A stretch of DNA of 57,148 nucleotides from a virus, in the IMG/VR virus record IMGVR_UViG_3300045988_048750; one strand, given 5' to 3'. Shown piece by piece: positions 55,765-57,148 of this stretch. How positions within the stretch are numbered: the stretch's first letter is position 1; the number at the start of each line of letters is the position of its first letter. The notes beneath the pieces were generated by a model, which made no database searches, was not told the DNA's origin, and saw only the letters and a program-made list of their open reading frames with translations. The position numbers and the translations under genes were made by a program.

Positions 55765-56082
55765 GTTCTCTTTCTTTTCCATGTCGTCGAGAATATCTTT
55801 CCAGTGATAATACCTTTTAAAATATTTATCAGACTTATAAAAATGCATATACAACTCATGTTCTTTTTCTGGATCATATTCGTCACAATGCGTGGCTATT
55901 TCATTGTGCGAAGCTAAATATTTTTCTTGCTCATCCTGATACTTCCACCAGAAAAATTCACAGATCTCTTCTGCATCAGAAATAGAGAGTTCGACTTTCA
56001 TTATTAGCTCCTTTTTGATACGCTTTTCTTCCTTTTTAGCTTCTCTTTTTTCTTCGTCGTAACTATATAACGGCTCTTCCAT
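55753..56082 (-). CDS. hypothetical charged protein
   Basis: 109-aa ORF. Confidence 0.45.
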   Translation of the reverse strand: MEEPLYSYDEEKREAKKEEKRIKKELIMKVELSISDAEEICEFFWWKYQDEQEKYLASHNEIATHCDEYDPEKEHELYMHFYKSDKYFKRYYHWKDILDDMEKKENSRK

Positions 56083-56247
56083 TATTCTGTAATATTTCTG
56101 ATTTACGCCAACTTAAGCTTCCCACAGCAGATACCTTAGATTGTTTACTTCACGGACGGAAAGAGTAGTTATCATGATTATCTCTTTTTTTTTTTTTTTT
56201 TGTTGAAAAGAAAGAATCCATGCAATAAGCACAGACCCTTTCTTCAG

Positions 56248-56439
56248 TTATTCTTCAATCAGAACTGCGTCGACATGAATAACATTCTCACGTTCTGCTA
56301 TCTTGCCCCATTCATATCCGCTGGTAAAAGCGTCATTGAGCTCTTCCTCGTGCTTATAACGACGAATGTCAATGATCTGCTTAATACCGAGATAGATACA
56401 AACGATGCTAGCGATAGCACAAATGATCATAGTTTCCAT
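56248..56439 (-). CDS. small membrane-anchored protein
   Basis: 63 aa with an N-terminal TM. Confidence 0.4.
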   Translation of the reverse strand: METMIICAIASIVCIYLGIKQIIDIRRYKHEEELNDAFTSGYEWGKIAERENVIHVDAVLIEE

Positions 56440-56502
56440 TATTTACTCCTTTTCTAATTGAGGATTATCCCTCATTAGATACGGTGTAAATTTCGCGCAA
56501 GT

Positions 56503-57045
56503 TTAGTCAAAAGGAACCTCATGAGTAAAATCGTCATTGCGATCAGCATAACGCTCTGCGAACGGGTTATCATTAACGACAGCCCACATCTGCTTCAGAT
56601 AGGCAGCGATACCCTCGCCAGAACCCATATTAGACTTTGTCCAATAATAAGGATGAATAACCAGGTCACATGCGTTTACCTCACGAGCACGGAACTTTGC
56701 ATCAAGATCCGCCATGTTCTGAGCACCGAGGAGAATATCATTCTTGGAATTGATCATATGGATCTCAGGATCCTGTCGAACGGTAGCACCGTCAACACGG
56801 AACTTTGCCTTGACGGTAAGATAATAATAAGGATCGTAATCGTCATTCTTAGGAGTATAAATCTTAATGTTCCAGCCATCATCGGCAAGTGACTTGGCAA
56901 AGTCGTCATCATTGAACTTCAAACGGAAGTTACGGGCTCCCTGATTATTGAATCCCTCAGCACGACCCTCAAGGTTACAGAACAGAATCTCAAAGTCAAC
57001 AAGCTCGTGGTCGAGAATAAGATCAGAAGTAGTAAAATTAGCCAT
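56503..57045 (-). CDS. single-stranded DNA-binding protein, phage T7 gp2.5-like (DUF2815-like)
   Basis: VDFEILFCNLE...NFRLKF, LVIHPYYW, and an acidic C-terminal tail ending ...DDFTHEVPFD. Confidence 0.45.
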   Translation of the reverse strand: MANFTTSDLILDHELVDFEILFCNLEGRAEGFNNQGARNFRLKFNDDDFAKSLADDGWNIKIYTPKNDDYDPYYYLTVKAKFRVDGATVRQDPEIHMINSKNDILLGAQNMADLDAKFRAREVNACDLVIHPYYWTKSNMGSGEGIAAYLKQMWAVVNDNPFAERYADRNDDFTHEVPFD

Positions 57046-57093
57046 AATAAAAAACCTTTCGAAATAATTTAATTAATTCTTAGCAGCTTTAAG

Positions 57094-57148
57094 GACAAAG
57101 CGCAGCAACAGACAGCACAACCACAGTCCAGTACCAATAAGGAAATCA
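57094..57148. repeat. second copy of the 55-bp terminal duplication
   Basis: identical to positions 1-55. Confidence 0.9.

Noticed and set aside
1-57148. Searched for integrase, excisionase or CI-like divergent repressor as a lysogeny module
   Set aside because: No tyrosine or serine recombinase signatures seen. The single XRE regulator is co-oriented with the replication genes, so the phage is tentatively treated as virulent.

Overview
The window is a complete, circularly closed tailed-phage genome. Its unit length is 57,093 bp, and the first 55 nt repeat exactly at 57094-57148. Almost every gene is on the minus strand. Architecture, strong Shine-Dalgarno sites, a GH25 endolysin, a Dit/Tal tail tip and a Listeria-Bacteroides-repeat fibre point to a siphovirus of a low-GC Gram-positive (Firmicute) host. 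No integrase or other lysogeny module was seen.

Gene order on the minus strand, running from high to low coordinates:
- Replication and early genes: an SF2 helicase, an iteron/inverted-repeat region (putative origin), an XRE regulator, a VRR-NUC nuclease, a PD-(D/E)XK nuclease, and a 936-aa protein carrying both double-psi beta-barrel signatures of multisubunit RNA polymerase (a YonO-like single-chain RNAP with HTH domains).
- A structured terminator and AT-rich region at about 47.5 kb separates these from the late genes.
- Packaging and head genes: dCTP deaminase, HNH, TerL flanked by two paralogous basic proteins, portal, and a prohead-protease/major-capsid fusion.
- Tail genes: connectors, major tail protein, chaperones, a 2322-aa tape measure protein, Dit, and a 1527-aa Tal/fibre.
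- Receptor-binding and lysis genes: an RBP with a Listeria-Bacteroides repeat, a CBM5/12-repeat protein and a GH25 lysin.
- A long run of small early and accessory genes from 5 to 20.5 kb. These include a four-member paralog family of membrane-anchored proteins, three tandem coiled-coil paralogs, zinc-ribbon proteins and many tiny membrane proteins. Several of these small genes are individually bracketed by a conserved promoter-like element and a conserved terminator hairpin.
- A 1342-aa fusion of an SF3-like ATPase, an AEP primase and a proofreading family-B DNA polymerase.
- A gp2.5-like SSB.

The most notable finding is the YonO-like phage RNAP, together with a candidate set of its promoters and three proteins that share an unusual N-terminal H-H/Y-G-x-K motif. 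Other points worth checking are an in-frame TAG in one gene, an A7 frameshift in another, and a divergent ThyX-like protein with DUF3310 and dCTP deaminase that hints at unusual nucleotide metabolism. All functional calls come from motif recognition by eye and need HMM or structure confirmation.
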